DNA of 64,000 nt, from positions 192,001 through 256,000 of the forward strand of contig CAWFQB010000004.1 of the NCBI GenBank assembly GCA_963817895.1, in the 5' to 3' direction. The notes below the pieces were generated by a model that worked only from the letters and a program-made list of their open reading frames with translations, was not told the origin of the DNA and did not search any database. This document shows, piece after piece, positions 11,635 through 22,996 of the stretch. The position numbers and the translations under genes are program-made. Each line of letters opens with the position of its first letter. Within the stretch, counting starts at the first letter, position 1. This stretch comes from an uncultured Chthonomonadaceae bacterium. Lineage in GTDB: Bacteria > Armatimonadota > Chthonomonadetes > Chthonomonadales > Chthonomonadaceae.

Positions 11635-11861
11635 GGGCAGGGCAAGTCCTCGAATTAACGTGGAAACAGAAACGTACATAAAGCAACTGTAGCGTAGAAA
11701 AATGCATGCCGTCTGGCAGCGTAAATTGCCGACACGTTTTTCGTCCGCAGGATGATTGGCCGCAGGCCTAACAACTGGCATTTTATATGCCGGTTCCAAT
11801 GATTTCACTCGCGTTCATTCGCGTTTATTCGCGGCTCTATTTTGGATGTCAGGAGAGTGGT

Positions 11862-13214
11862 ATGTCTGCTGTCGCGCTTGTTCCCGGTCCGAAAGGCAGT
11901 GCCATTTGGGGAAACATGCCCGCGTTTCGGCGCGACCCGCTGAACTTTTTGCTGCATTGCGTTCAGGAGTACGGCGACTGGGTTCCGCTGCGGCTTGGCC
12001 CGCGCCGCGCTTTTTTCGTCAACAGCCCGGATGACATTGAAGAGATTCTGGTGGCGCAGTATCGCCACTTCAGCAAAGGCCCCGGCCTGCGCCGCAGCAA
12101 AATGCTGTTCGGCAACGGCCTGCTGACAAGCGAGGGGGATTTCTGGCGGCGACAGCGCAAACTCGCGCAGCCGGCGTTCCATCGCGAACGCATCGCGGGT
12201 TACGCGCAAATCATGGTGGACGAAACGCGCTCGTATGTGGCGGGCTGGAAAGCAGGCGAAACGCGCGATATTCACCGCGAAATGACGCGATTGACAATGC
12301 CGATTGCCCTCAAAACCCTGTTCGGCTCGGAACTGGAAAATCTGGAAAGAGTCTCCAAATCCATAGAATTGACGCAGAGCCATTTCCAAAAGTGGATACA
12401 CTTCTTCGCCATGCTGCCCGCCTGGATTCCCACGCCCCGCCTGCCCGAACTGACTCGCGCCGTTACCGAACTGGACGCGATTGTGTACAAGTTGATTGCC
12501 CACCGCCGCGCGAGCGGCGAAGATAGGGGCGATCTGCTTTCCATGTTGCTGCGCGCGCAGGTGGAGGAAGTCGAAGGGGAAAACAAGAGTGAAATTGGCG
12601 AGGCAATGACGGATAAGCAACTGCGCGACGAGGTGCTGACGCTGTTTCTCGCCGGACACGAAACCACCGCGCTGGCCCTGACGTGGACACTCTATCTGCT
12701 GGCGCAGTATCCCGACGTGGAAGCGAAACTGCGCGCGGAAGTGGAAGCCGTATTGGGCAATCGTCCCGCCACAGCAGCCGACAAACCCAATCTGAAATAC
12801 GCGGAGCAGGTGATACAGGAATCTCTTCGCCTGTACCCGCCCGCGTGGGTCATGGGGCGCACCCCGTTTGAAGATTGTACGATTAACGGACACCCGGTAG
12901 CGCAGGGCAGTACAATCATCATCAGCCAGTGGGTCGCGCATCGCAATCCGCGCTTCTTTCCCGACCCCGAAACGTTCCAACCGGAGCGTTGGGAGGGGGA
13001 TTTCGCCCGCGCGCTGCCCAAATACGCTTATTTCCCGTTCGGCGGCGGGCCGCGCGTGTGCATCGGCAACACCTTCGCCCTCATGGAGTCTGTACTCGTG
13101 CTGGCAACCCTGCTGCAATCCTGCCGCTTCCAACTCGTACCCGGTCAGAATATCGTTTTACAGCCCGCCGTCACCCTCCGCCCCCGCGACGGAATCCAAA
13201 TGAAACTGCTATGA
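11862..13214 (+). CDS. Cytochrome P450
   Basis: AGHETT I-helix, ESLR (ExxR), PERW and heme motif FGGGPRVCIG; AGGAG RBS. Confidence 0.95.
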   Translation: MSAVALVPGPKGSAIWGNMPAFRRDPLNFLLHCVQEYGDWVPLRLGPRRAFFVNSPDDIEEILVAQYRHFSKGPGLRRSKMLFGNGLLTSEGDFWRRQRKLAQPAFHRERIAGYAQIMVDETRSYVAGWKAGETRDIHREMTRLTMPIALKTLFGSELENLERVSKSIELTQSHFQKWIHFFAMLPAWIPTPRLPELTRAVTELDAIVYKLIAHRRASGEDRGDLLSMLLRAQVEEVEGENKSEIGEAMTDKQLRDEVLTLFLAGHETTALALTWTLYLLAQYPDVEAKLRAEVEAVLGNRPATAADKPNLKYAEQVIQESLRLYPPAWVMGRTPFEDCTINGHPVAQGSTIIISQWVAHRNPRFFPDPETFQPERWEGDFARALPKYAYFPFGGGPRVCIGNTFALMESVLVLATLLQSCRFQLVPGQNIVLQPAVTLRPRDGIQMKLL

Positions 13215-13370
13215 GATTCGCCTTCTGATGAGGATTGGACAAATACCATTCTCAACTATCTCAACGGCAAAGCAAAAAAGCCTGAAACACAGAAATATGT
13301 GCCGATTTATTCTCGGCGGAACGTTGTATAATGAAAATATAACTGTCTACCTCAGAAGGAGGATGTACCT

Positions 13371-13586
13371 ATGAACGCGCATCGCATTGAAACAACTTTA
13401 TCCTCAGATCGCACTTTGATCTTGCTGGACTTGCCGTTCAAACCCGGCGCGTCCATTGAGGTAATCATATTAGAAACGCCTGAATCTGATGATGTTGCGC
13501 CCCGTTATCCGTTACGCGGCACACCTTACCGCTTTGACTCTCCATTTGAGCCTGTTGCTGCCGGGGAGTGGGAATCCGCAAAATGA
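13371..13586 (+). CDS. Putative antitoxin
   Basis: Small ORF with AGGAGG RBS overlapping the downstream PIN toxin; PLRG...FDSPFEPV tail. Confidence 0.65.
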   Translation: MNAHRIETTLSSDRTLILLDLPFKPGASIEVIILETPESDDVAPRYPLRGTPYRFDSPFEPVAAGEWESAK

Positions 13587-14011
13587 GCGCTGAAGAAACG
13601 ACCCTCCACGAGATGCTCATTATTGACACTCATATCTGGATTTGGTGGGTACAAGGTGACGCTCAACTTGACGCTGAAAATGCGCAGATATTAAGTGACA
13701 ACGAACCTTATGGCATCGGCGTTAGCGCTATTTCCTGTTGGGAGATTGCAAAACTGGTTGAGTACGGTAAACTGCAACTTCCGCTTCCTGTGGAACAATG
13801 GCTTCAAGTTGCCCTGAATTACCCCGGCGTTCGCCTCCTCGATCTCAGTCCGCGTATCGCTGTTGAATCAACGCAACTACCCGGCGCTTTCCATAAAGAC
13901 CCTGCGGATCAAATCATTGTTGCGACTGCTCGCGTTTACGGCTGTCCCCTGATGACTGTGGATCATAAGATACTTGCGTACCCGCATGTCAGAAAAATTG
14001 GTGTTGTATAG
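13583..14011 (+). CDS. vapC: PIN-domain (VapC-family) toxin
   Basis: IIDTHIWIWW, SAISCWEI, HKDPADQIIVATA and TVD motifs. Confidence 0.9.
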   Translation: MSAEETTLHEMLIIDTHIWIWWVQGDAQLDAENAQILSDNEPYGIGVSAISCWEIAKLVEYGKLQLPLPVEQWLQVALNYPGVRLLDLSPRIAVESTQLPGAFHKDPADQIIVATARVYGCPLMTVDHKILAYPHVRKIGVV

Positions 14012-14032
14012 CCTGATCAGGAGTACATTCTA

Positions 14033-14729
14033 TCAGACAACCGGGAGAAGTTCAGACACGCGAATATGGGTATCGGGACGGGCGAACGTGGTAATGTCGG
14101 CTTCCTCGTTGTATGCGGTTATTTCCGCGTAGCCGGTCGGCGTGGGATTGCGGTGTACCGCAAACCGACGTTCCTTGAGGTCGGCAACCCAGTATTCCAC
14201 GATACCGGCGCGGGCGTACAGCAGGGCTTTGTTGTTTAAATCGAAGTTCACAGTCAAGGCGGACACTTCCACGACAAGCAAAACCTCGGCAGGGGACGGT
14301 TCGTTACCGGACAGGGACGCGAGTGGAAGCGACAATACGGACACATCCGGTTCCGGCGCATTGATTTCCGCATCCGTCAGGTCAACGCCCACCGACATCT
14401 GGCACTGTATGAAAGCGTCCCCGATACGCGCGCCAACCAGAGGGTAATCAGCATTACAGTGACAGTATCTTTGCACTTTTCCACTTTTTGAGATACAAGC
14501 AAGCGAACAGGCAATATCACTTTCCTATCTCATTTTTCAAAAAGTGCAAAGATACTGCAGTGATTCTGTGCGGTAAATTCTGCGCCATTTTGAAAACAAT
14601 CTCCCCGTCAATCAGTTCGTAACGCGCGGTCAGCAATCCGCTTTCTTCCAGAAACTCGCACTCTTGCCGGGTAAACCGTTTGCGGTTCGGCGTTGGTCCC
14701 CACCCGGTCGGCGTCAATGTATCCGTCAT
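14033..14729 (-). pseudogene. Uma2-family (DUF820) endonuclease interrupted by a MITE
   Basis: RYELIDGEI..M, PEPDV, LVVEVS and YARAGIVEYWVADL motifs; broken by element 14463-14557. Confidence 0.85.
14463..14557. mobile_element. 95-bp MITE with 18-bp TIRs and 6-bp TSD
   Basis: TIR CAGTATCTTTGCACTTTT / AAAAGTGCAAAGATACTG flanked by direct repeat CAGTGA (14457-14462, 14558-14563). Confidence 0.9.
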
Positions 14730-14770
14730 GGCGTTCCTCCTCATTTCTTTGTCCAGATATTCTCGAAAAC

Positions 14771-14810
14771 TCTCTATGAAACCTCTGTGTCTCTGTGTCT
14801 CTGTGGTGAA
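14771..14810. repeat. CTCTGTG-family intergenic repeat (aaacctctgtgtctctgtg[t/c]ctctgtggtgaa)
   Basis: Near-identical copies at about 20078-20116, 45636-45684, 57513-57550 (inverted) and 57608-57647. Confidence 0.8.
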
Positions 14811-14827
14811 ATGCTTGTTTCAAACGT

Positions 14828-17800
14828 CTAGCGCGAATTCATACGGCAGATAGGCGCGATGACGAACAATTGCGCGGCCATCCATACGGGCGCAAGGGAC
14901 TGCCGACTGTCGCGGGCAATGCGGCGAATGATCTGTGGGAACAGTCTTTGCAGCATTTTGGTTTGCGCAAACGTCGGCAGGGTATTGATGGCCTGCCGCA
15001 CCTGCTTGCGCGCGTCTGCGAACGCGCCGGCTTTGCTGGAAGCGTCTGCCGCCTGCACACCCACCAACCCGGTCACGAGCGGATACAGGAACTGGTAATA
15101 GGCGGGCAGGGACGACGTTTCGCACCCGGCGAAGATACTCCTGCGCAGGCTGCGGTTGCGCCGGACAGCGCGGCATCGAGGGCCAGCCAGAGGGCGTGTC
15201 TGGCCGTGCAGTTATCCCCCCGCAGGGTCAGGGCATGGCGATGAATGGGCGCGGCTTCTTCGTCGCGGTTCAGGTTGCGCAGGGACACGGCGCGGTTGAG
15301 CAGCATCCAGCTTTGCGCGTCGCTTCGGGTTTGCCAGTCCTGCGTCCACTCCACCGCCTTCTCGTGCTGCCGCAGGGTTGTCAGCGCATACGCCACGCTG
15401 CCCCAGGTTTCATCGTGTCGGCGCAGCAGGGCGCGATGCAGATGCGCGAATTTGTTGAACGCTTCCACGTTTTTCGCTTCGCTCAACGCCTGCCACCCAA
15501 CCGGCAAGAGCGCGAACGCCGATCTTGCCCCGCGCCGCCAGACGTTCCAAACGCGATTCCGCCTGCCACTCGCCCCGCTGTACGCAGTCTTTGGCCCAGT
15601 GCCAACCCACAACCGGCTGCGCATCCGGCTGCTCGACTAATTGCGCCAGGAGGGGCGTTAGCGATTGCCCATAACCGGCATTCCGCAGCCGTTTCAGGGC
15701 TTCCTCAATGTCGTCGCTAATATCGCCGGGAAGCAGGCAAAGCGCGTGAAGGTAATGAAGAGCGGTTCGCTCGTCCTTGCGATGCAGGGCCAGGCGAATG
15801 GCGAGAACATGCGACCAGCCTTCCCGCCCCCGCGCCAGCAGCGCGTCAACCGTCTGCTGCGCCAGAGGGGTTTCCCCATCCTCCATCTGCATCTCGAACA
15901 GGGCGACGCCCGCATACGCCGCGTCCGATGACACCATAATCGCTCGCCAGAACGCCTGTTTCGCGCCGTTTTTATCGCCGCTTTTGCGCAAAGCGTCGGC
16001 AAGGTACGTGTGGGAAATGGCGTCCTGCGGATCAAGGGCGACCATGCGCCGCGCGGCCTCCTGGTACACGTCCACGACGTTCTGGCTGCGGCTCCAGCGC
16101 GCCAGTTGTGTCCATCCCCACAGGTAGTTGGGATCATCGGCAAGCAGAGTTCGCATCTGCGTCAGGGCCTCGCGTACATGGCCCCGTTCCGCCGTGACCC
16201 AGGCCATTCGCGCCCGCAGGGAGGTCGGCACAGCCTGCCCCGCAGGAGGCTGGCAGGCGCGCAGGGCGTCGTCGAATCGTCCCTGTTCCGTCAGCAATAC
16301 CGCCTTGAGCGCATACGCCTCGTAACTGCGGGGATTGAGGAGAATGGCGCGATCCAACGCCGCCAACCGTTCGTCCAGCAGTTCAGGGCGATCCAGCGCC
16401 TTCGCCAGCATCAGCCACGAGCGCACTTCGCCCGGACGCCTGCGTGTCAGGTCGCGCAGGGCTTCTTCGGCCTCGTTGCGCCTTCCGGTCTGCTCCGACC
16501 AGTCGTGCAGGGCTTCCCACGCCCATCCATAGGCCGGTTCCAGGCGGGTAATGGCGCGGGCCTGCTCCACGGCCTCCTCGCGTTTCCCCATCTGCCAGAG
16601 CGTGTACGCCATGCCGGACAGGGTTTCCACGTCCTGCGGGTCGCGCATCAGGGCGGTCTGGAGAACCTGCCGCGACTCGTCCCATCGTCCCTGATCGCGA
16701 TAACTTACGCCCAACTGCCGCGCCAGGGGCGCGTAATCGGGAAACATCCGCATAGCCTGCTGTAGTATTTCCTGTTCGCCCGCCGGGTTCGCCTGCGCTT
16801 TTCGCGCGCCCGCCAGATCTTGCCACAACGCGGGATTGAGCGGAAAGCGGGTCGTAGCCTGCATTGCCAGTTGTTCGGCTTCGGGGGCGCGATCCAGGCC
16901 AATCAACTGCTGAATGGCGGCAGACCAGGCATGCCACAGGTCAGGGCGCTCCCGCAGGGTTACGTAAACTGCGCTGTATATCTCTTCGGGCGACAGGATA
17001 CCCTTCGCGTGCTGCCGGAATCCGAGCAGTCCGTCGCCATAGACCGTTTGCCGCTGCAATTCCGTCTGAATGAAGTAGATCGCTTCCCGTTTTTGCGCGG
17101 GCGTGTCACACGCGCCGACGAAACGGCCCAGAGCGTAATCGTTGTCAACAGAAAGCGTGATGGCGCGGCGATAATGGTCGCGCGCCGCGTCCCATTTGCC
17201 CATTTGCCCGCACAAATCGCCGAACACGGCGTAACCATAGGTGGTGTTGGGTTCCAGCAGGAGGGCCTGCTCCGCATGAAGCAGCGCCTCGTCTATGCGG
17301 TTCTGGTCGCCAAGCAGATGCGCCAGTTCGCGCCGCGCCCAGGCATCGGCGGGGTCAATGTCAATCAAGTGGCGCAAAACGCGCTCGTGGGCGGCGGCAT
17401 CGTGTTCCAGATCGTTGCCGCGCATCCATTTGGCCCACTGCTGATGCAGGCCGCAGTGGTGCGGGAAGCGGGCGGTAATCGCCTCGAAATGCTGCTGTAC
17501 CGCGCCCGGTCCGATGGATTGAAGCAGCAGATTGGCAACAGCCGCGTGCGCGTCAAGCGCCAGCGGGGCAAGGGCTAAAACCTCGCGCCAGCAGGCGAGA
17601 GAGAGCGTGTTATCATTGGCATGGCCGGCAATTTGCGCCTGCGCCCGCAGCCAGTCCACGCGGGGCGTTTTGTCGCGAGCGGCTTCCAGCAGGGTTTGGG
17701 CGGCGGGCAGTTGGTTGTGCCGGGCGCGCTGTCGGGCCGCGAACAGCAGCAGTTTGCCATCCTCCGGTCGGCGCGACAGCGCCTGTTCCAGAACGGCAAA

Positions 17801-20013
17801 CGCCTCCTGCGAACGATCCAACTCCATCAGAGCGGCATACAGCGTGTGCGCGGGGAGCGTGGATTGCTTGCCCAATCGTTCAAAGCGATTGCGCAGAAAT
17901 GCCAACGCGCTTTCGGTCTGCCGCAGATAGCGGGCCGCCGCGAAATACGCGCGCGCCAGACTTTCACTGGTATTTTCCAGACACGCGGCGAAACGGTACA
18001 GGGTAAACGCTTCGTCAAACTCCTGCCGCTCCCACAGGATGTTGGCGAGTATAAACAGATTGCCCGCTTCCGGGGACGGCGGCGAATGGCGCGTTTCAGC
18101 AGAAGCAGGGCGCGTTCGTGTTCGCGGGCATCATCGGCAAGCTCCTGCGCGTACTGCTGCCAGAACAGGGGCGCGGCGGCGGCAAGAGAAAACTGCGTGG
18201 AAGCGGCATCTCTGCCCGTTTCCGGCGTTGCGGCATCCTCTTGCGCCTCTGTTTTTCCCCATGCGGACGCCTGCCGGCATAATGTTTGCAGCAAATTCAG
18301 GCGCTCGTCACGGCGCGACAGGCGATGCAGACACGAGATATGCGCCATTTTCAGGTTCGCGTCTTCGGGAAAGCGCGCTTCCAGTTGTTGCGTGCAGGCG
18401 AGAATTTCCACCCCGTCCTCATCGTAAAAGGCCAGGGCGCGGCGGGCCTCCAGGACAAGAGTATGCTCCCCCGCCTGCGCCTGCATGATCTCGTATTCGT
18501 TCTGCGCGGCAGCGCGGTCATGCCGCACAAGGGCGCGGGAAAGCCGGTAGTAGCGGTCGTACAAAGCCTCATCGGGCAGTTCGATGCCGTCCAGCAGATG
18601 GGCGCTTTCCGGTGGCGCGAAGACCATGCCGGTCGGCCCGATGGCGCGCAGGGATTGCAGCATCTCCTCCGCCAGCGCCTCGCGAATGGCGCGAACGTAT
18701 GGGTCGCGTATCAGGAACGTGCCTCGCCGCGAATCGTAGCCGATCACGGCCTGCAAATGCGCGTAGCCCGGCCCTGCGGTTGTCAGCGTAAACGGGACGC
18801 CCCTGTCCAGCAACTGCCGCGCGCTGTCCCACGTCACGCGGAAATCGCGGGCCGTCCAGCCGCGCGATTCGGCCCAGTATCGCTCATTGTGCCAGGGCGT
18901 CCCGTTGTAGCAGATGTCGTCCGCGATTTCCAGATGGTCTACCGTCTGCTGCCAGAATCGGCCCAGAGTGGCGAGCGTAGCCGGGGCGCAGGTCATGTGA
19001 TGCTGCCGCACCCATCCGACGGGCAGTTGTACGCGGGTGGCGTCGGGAAGCGCGGCTTCCATGTTGGCGACAATGCGCGCGAAATACGGCGACTCGGATT
19101 GCTGCGCAAGCGCAATGGCGGCAGCGTAATCGCCGTTATGGTACGCCAGGTCGGAACGGATGCTTGCGATCCATAAATGCAGCTCTTTGCCCGCAAGCGG
19201 CGCCAGGATTTCCAGGCGTTCCAGCGCCACGCCGGCTTCCGGGTACATCTGCCGTTCCAACAGCATACCAAGCAGTTGATGCGTGATAACCGTGCTTTCC
19301 AGGCGTTCCGAAGCGGATTGGAGCTGTTCCAGCGCCTCCTCATCGCGGCCCAGGAGAACCAGTCCCTGCGCGACCGCCTGCACACCCGCCCGATACCAGG
19401 GCTGCAATTGCAGCGATTTTTTGGCCGCGCTCAGAGCCTCCTCGTAACGGTCGGCCTGCTCCAATGCGCTCGACCGCTCCACCCATACCCAGGGATTGTC
19501 GGGCGCAAGGGCGACGGCCTGCGCAAACCAGGCGTCGGCGGTATCGAAATCGCGCAGGGTGGCCGCGACCAGACCGCGCAGGGACAGCCATTCGGCCCGG
19601 TCGCTGCTTTCCGCTGCGGGATGCGCGTCATCGGGTTCTCCCAACCGGTTCATGGTTTTCCAGGCGGCGAGCGGCCCTTTGCGCTCCATCACAACCCGCG
19701 CATAAGCGTAACGGGCGCGGGGATGCCTGCGATCCAGGCGGTACGCGCGCAGGTGCAGCCAGTCCGCCAGTTCCTCATCGCCCAGATTGGCGGCCAGCCG
19801 CCCCGCCAGGTCACAGGAGGAGGCATCCCGCAGACCGGTGAACGGCAAATAGGGTTCCAGAACGGCATACGCCTGCAGGTACAATCCCTGCTCGACGAGT
19901 TCGCGCGCCCGCCCCATATCCCTGTTGGAAAAACGCGAAGAATCGTTGGCAGGCGAGTCGGTAAAGGAAGCGGAAAGCGCCTCGGTTGGGTTCGTTATCG
20001 TGAGCATTGACAT
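14828..20013 (-). CDS. Large TPR protein with central C39-like cysteine peptidase domain (several frameshifts)
   Basis: VRQHHMTCAPATL (Q..C) and HLQAVIGYD..RDPY (H..D); extensive TPRs; reading continues across ORFs 17827-20013, 15410-17905, 15073-15624 and 14828-15076. Confidence 0.75.
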
Positions 20014-20223
20014 AATGAATTTGACAGTTCAGGGCAGGAAAAAGGTTCAGGTTCTCTTCTTCTCTTCTGTTCTTTTCCTCTGTGAAACCTCTGTGTCTCT
20101 GTGCCTCTGTGGTGAATGATTTTTCCATTTGCAGGGCAGGAATATCGCGCCTTCGTGGGGAATGTTTCCGGCACAGCGGACGCCTGCGCCCGCGTAACTT
20201 TGTATCACAGGAGATATTCGCCA

Positions 20224-22024
20224 ATGAACACCCCGCTTCCTGCCCACCGCCTGAACACCCCTCTGCCCAAAATCGGCATACGCCCCGCCATTGACGGACG
20301 CTACGGCGGCATCCGCGAGTCGCTGGAAGGCCCGGTTATGCAAATGGCGCGGAATGTGGCCGAGTTTCTCACTGCCAATCTGCTTCATTCCTGCGGCCTG
20401 CCCGTCGAGTGCGTGATCGCGGACGAGTGCATTGGCGGCGTGGCTGAAGCCGCCCGTTGCGCCGCCAAATTCGCCCGTGAGGGCGTTGGCGTGTCTCTGA
20501 CCGTCACGAACTGCTGGTGCTACGGAAGCGAAACAATGGACATGGACCCCGTTTTGCCGAAAGCGATCTGGGGATTCAACGGCACACAGCGACCCGGAGC
20601 CGTGTACCTCGCCGCCACGCTCGCCGCGCACAACCAGAAAGGCTTGCCGACATTCGGCATTTACGGGCGCGACGTTCAGGATTTGGAAGAGACTACGATT
20701 CCCGCCGATGTTCAGGAAAAACTGTTGCAATTCGCCCGCGCGGGTATCGCTGTCGCCACTATGCGCGGCACGTCCTATTTAGGCATGGGCGGCATGTCTA
20801 TGGGCATTTTGGGAAGCATGGTAGACCCCGATTTCTGGCAGGACTATTTCGGGATGCGTACCGAAGTCGTGGACATGACCGAATTTGTCCGCCGCATGGA
20901 TGAGAAAATTTACGACCCGGAAGAGTACGAACGCGCCCTTGCATGGACGCGCGAACACTGCAAGGAGGGCGAAGACCTGCAACCCGCCCAGCAAACAACA
21001 CGACCGCGCGCAAAAAGACAAAGATTGGGAAATCTGCGTACAAATGACCCTGATTGCCCGCGACCTGATGGCAGGAAACCCACGTCTCGCGGAACTCGGC
21101 TTTAAGGAGGAGGCGCAGGGGCATAACGCGCTTGCCGGAGGGTTTCAGGGGCAGCGGCAGTGGACAGACCACTTTCCCAATGGCGACTTCATGGAGGCGA
21201 TGCTCAACACCAGTTTTGATTGGAACGGGATACGCCAGCCGTATATGGTGGCGACGGAAAACGACGCGCTCAACGCCGCGTCCATGCTGTTGGGGCATCT
21301 GCTGACGGGAACCGCGCAACTGTTCGCGGACGTGCGAACGTACTGGAGTCCCGAAGCCGTGCAGCGCGTGACCGGGCATGTTCTGGAGGGCGCAGGCGTA
21401 AACGGCTTTTTGCATCTCATCAATTCCGGCCCTGCCGCTCTCGACTGGACGGGAGAGCAAACCGAAAACGGTAAGCCTGTCCTCAAACGCTTTGGCGACA
21501 TCACGCCCGAAGACGCCGACAAATGCCTGAACGCGACCCTGTTCCGACCGGGTACGCTGGAATACTTCCGGGGCGGCGGATACTCGACGGATTTCACCAC
21601 GCGGGGCGGGATGCCCGTGACGATGTGCCGCGTCAATCTCGTCAAGGAACTCGGCCCCGTCCTGCAAATCGCCGAAGGGTACACCCTCGACCTGCCCGAA
21701 GCCGTTCACAACGTCCTCGACCAGCGCACCGACCCGACATGGCCGACAACCTGGTTCGTGCCGAACTTAACGGGACAGGGGGCGTTTGCCGACGTGTACA
21801 GCGTGATGAACGCCTGGGGAGCCAATCACGGCGCGATCTGTTACGGCCACATCGGAGCCGATTTAATCACGCTCGCGTCCATGCTGCGCCTCCCCGTTGA
21901 CATGCACAACGTCGCCGAAAACCGCCTGTTCCGTCCGAGCGCGTGGGCGCGTTTCGGCGCGGGCATGGACAGCGTAGGAGCCGACTTCCGCGCCTGCGCC
22001 GCGTATGGTCCTCTCTACCGGTGA
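20224..22024 (+). CDS. fucI: L-fucose isomerase (frameshift near 20980)
   Basis: [46 protein letters not shown] and WGANHGA motifs. Confidence 0.95.
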
Positions 22025-22114
22025 CAACTCCCCAGGCGTGAACGCCGGGGCTTCTACGGTCATGCTCCGTGTCCTTCCCTGCGGGTGGACGCCCGGTGTG
22101 CTGCCCCACGCCCA
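22021..22114 (-). mobile_element. Orphan IS200/IS605-like right end (subterminal hairpin plus TCAC terminus), no tnpA/tnpB
   Basis: Minus strand ...gaagccccggcgttcacgcctggggagttgtcac, resembling right ends of TnpB-carrying elements. Confidence 0.5.
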
Positions 22115-22206
22115 CTCTATTGTGCCTTCCACACAAATGCGTTGTTTCGGATTAGCCGTTCGCGCAGGCTGATCTGCAACTAAAGAAAAAATCCTGAAGG
22201 CTGCTC

Positions 22207-22347
22207 TATTACTTCGTCAATTTACCCCTACGTTCTAAATTGTAGGGGTTCTGCTTGCTGAACCCTCCTCATACAAGGGCTGAACCCTCCTCAAATAAGG
22301 CGCAGCAAGCAACGCCCCTACACTTGCCTTCTACCTTGACGGAGTAG
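22207..22347. repeat. Composite palindromic element with GTAG-type REP core
   Basis: Outer IR tacttcgtcaa/ttgacggagta; inner tgtaggggttctgcttgctg...cagcaagcaacgcccctaca. Confidence 0.6.
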
Positions 22348-22348
22348 T

Positions 22349-22516
22349 GGCCTGCGAATCACTGTCTATAAAGTGCTGGAGTATCTCGCCTCAGAAATGA
22401 CGGAGCAGGAGATACTTGAGGATTTCCCCGATCTGACACACGCGGACTTGAAAGCCTGTCTCGCCTACGCCGCTGACCGTGAGCGGCGGTTTATGACCTC
22501 TCCTCTTGCCGCATGA
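22349..22516 (+). pseudogene. DUF433 antitoxin, 5'-truncated
   Basis: GLRITVYKVLEYLASEMTEQEILEDFPDLTHADLKACLAYAAD; no start codon, N-terminus replaced by the repeat element. Confidence 0.8.
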
Positions 22517-22844
22517 AACTGCTTTTTGATGCGAATTTATCGCCACGTCTCGCCTTGCGTCTTGCCGATCTTTCCCGGCTTCAACGCATGTTCGGGATAT
22601 TGGGTTGCGGGCGGCGGATGACCCTGCTGTTTGGGAATACGCGCGCCAAAACGAGTTTATCATTGTTTCCAAAGATGCCGATATGCACGATTTGAGTCTG
22701 CTTTTCGGCAATCCTCCCAAAGTTATCTGGCTGCGATTGGGAAACTGTTCCACAGTTCAGGCAGAGAATCTCCTGCGGCGTGAGTTCGCGGCGATTAAGA
22801 CATTCTACGACGATACTACCGTTTCCTTGCTTGCCTTACGCTGA
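22513..22844 (+). CDS. DUF5615 PIN-like toxin (frameshift near 22575)
   Basis: MKLLFDANLSPRL, then IVSKDADM and PPKVIWLRLGNCST in the next frame. Confidence 0.8.
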
Positions 22845-22996
22845 ACAGCCTTAAACTGCGCCAATTTGTTCTCAACGAGAGCGGCTTCTTCCGGCGTTAG
22901 TTCCAGAAATTCTGCTGTCGTTCCCACTTTCCAGCTTTTAGCTTCTAATCTCTCCTGCTTTGCTTTATCCATTGTTTGCATCTTGTTTGTCGTCAA
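22845..22996 (-). pseudogene. N-terminal remnant of an XRE/HTH antitoxin-like gene
   Basis: MDKAKQERLEAKSWKVGTTAEFLELTPEE; HTH part missing. Confidence 0.55.

Noticed and set aside
11805..13133. Long antisense ORFs (e.g. 11805-13133, 39977-41314, 46038-47471, 23038-23904)
   Set aside because: Shadows of GC-rich real genes on the opposite strand, with no recognisable motifs
4644..13214. RiPP cluster (repeat peptide precursor plus P450)
   Set aside because: The peptide has no aromatic residues for P450 cross-linking, lies 7 kb away on the opposite strand, and no transporter or other maturase is present
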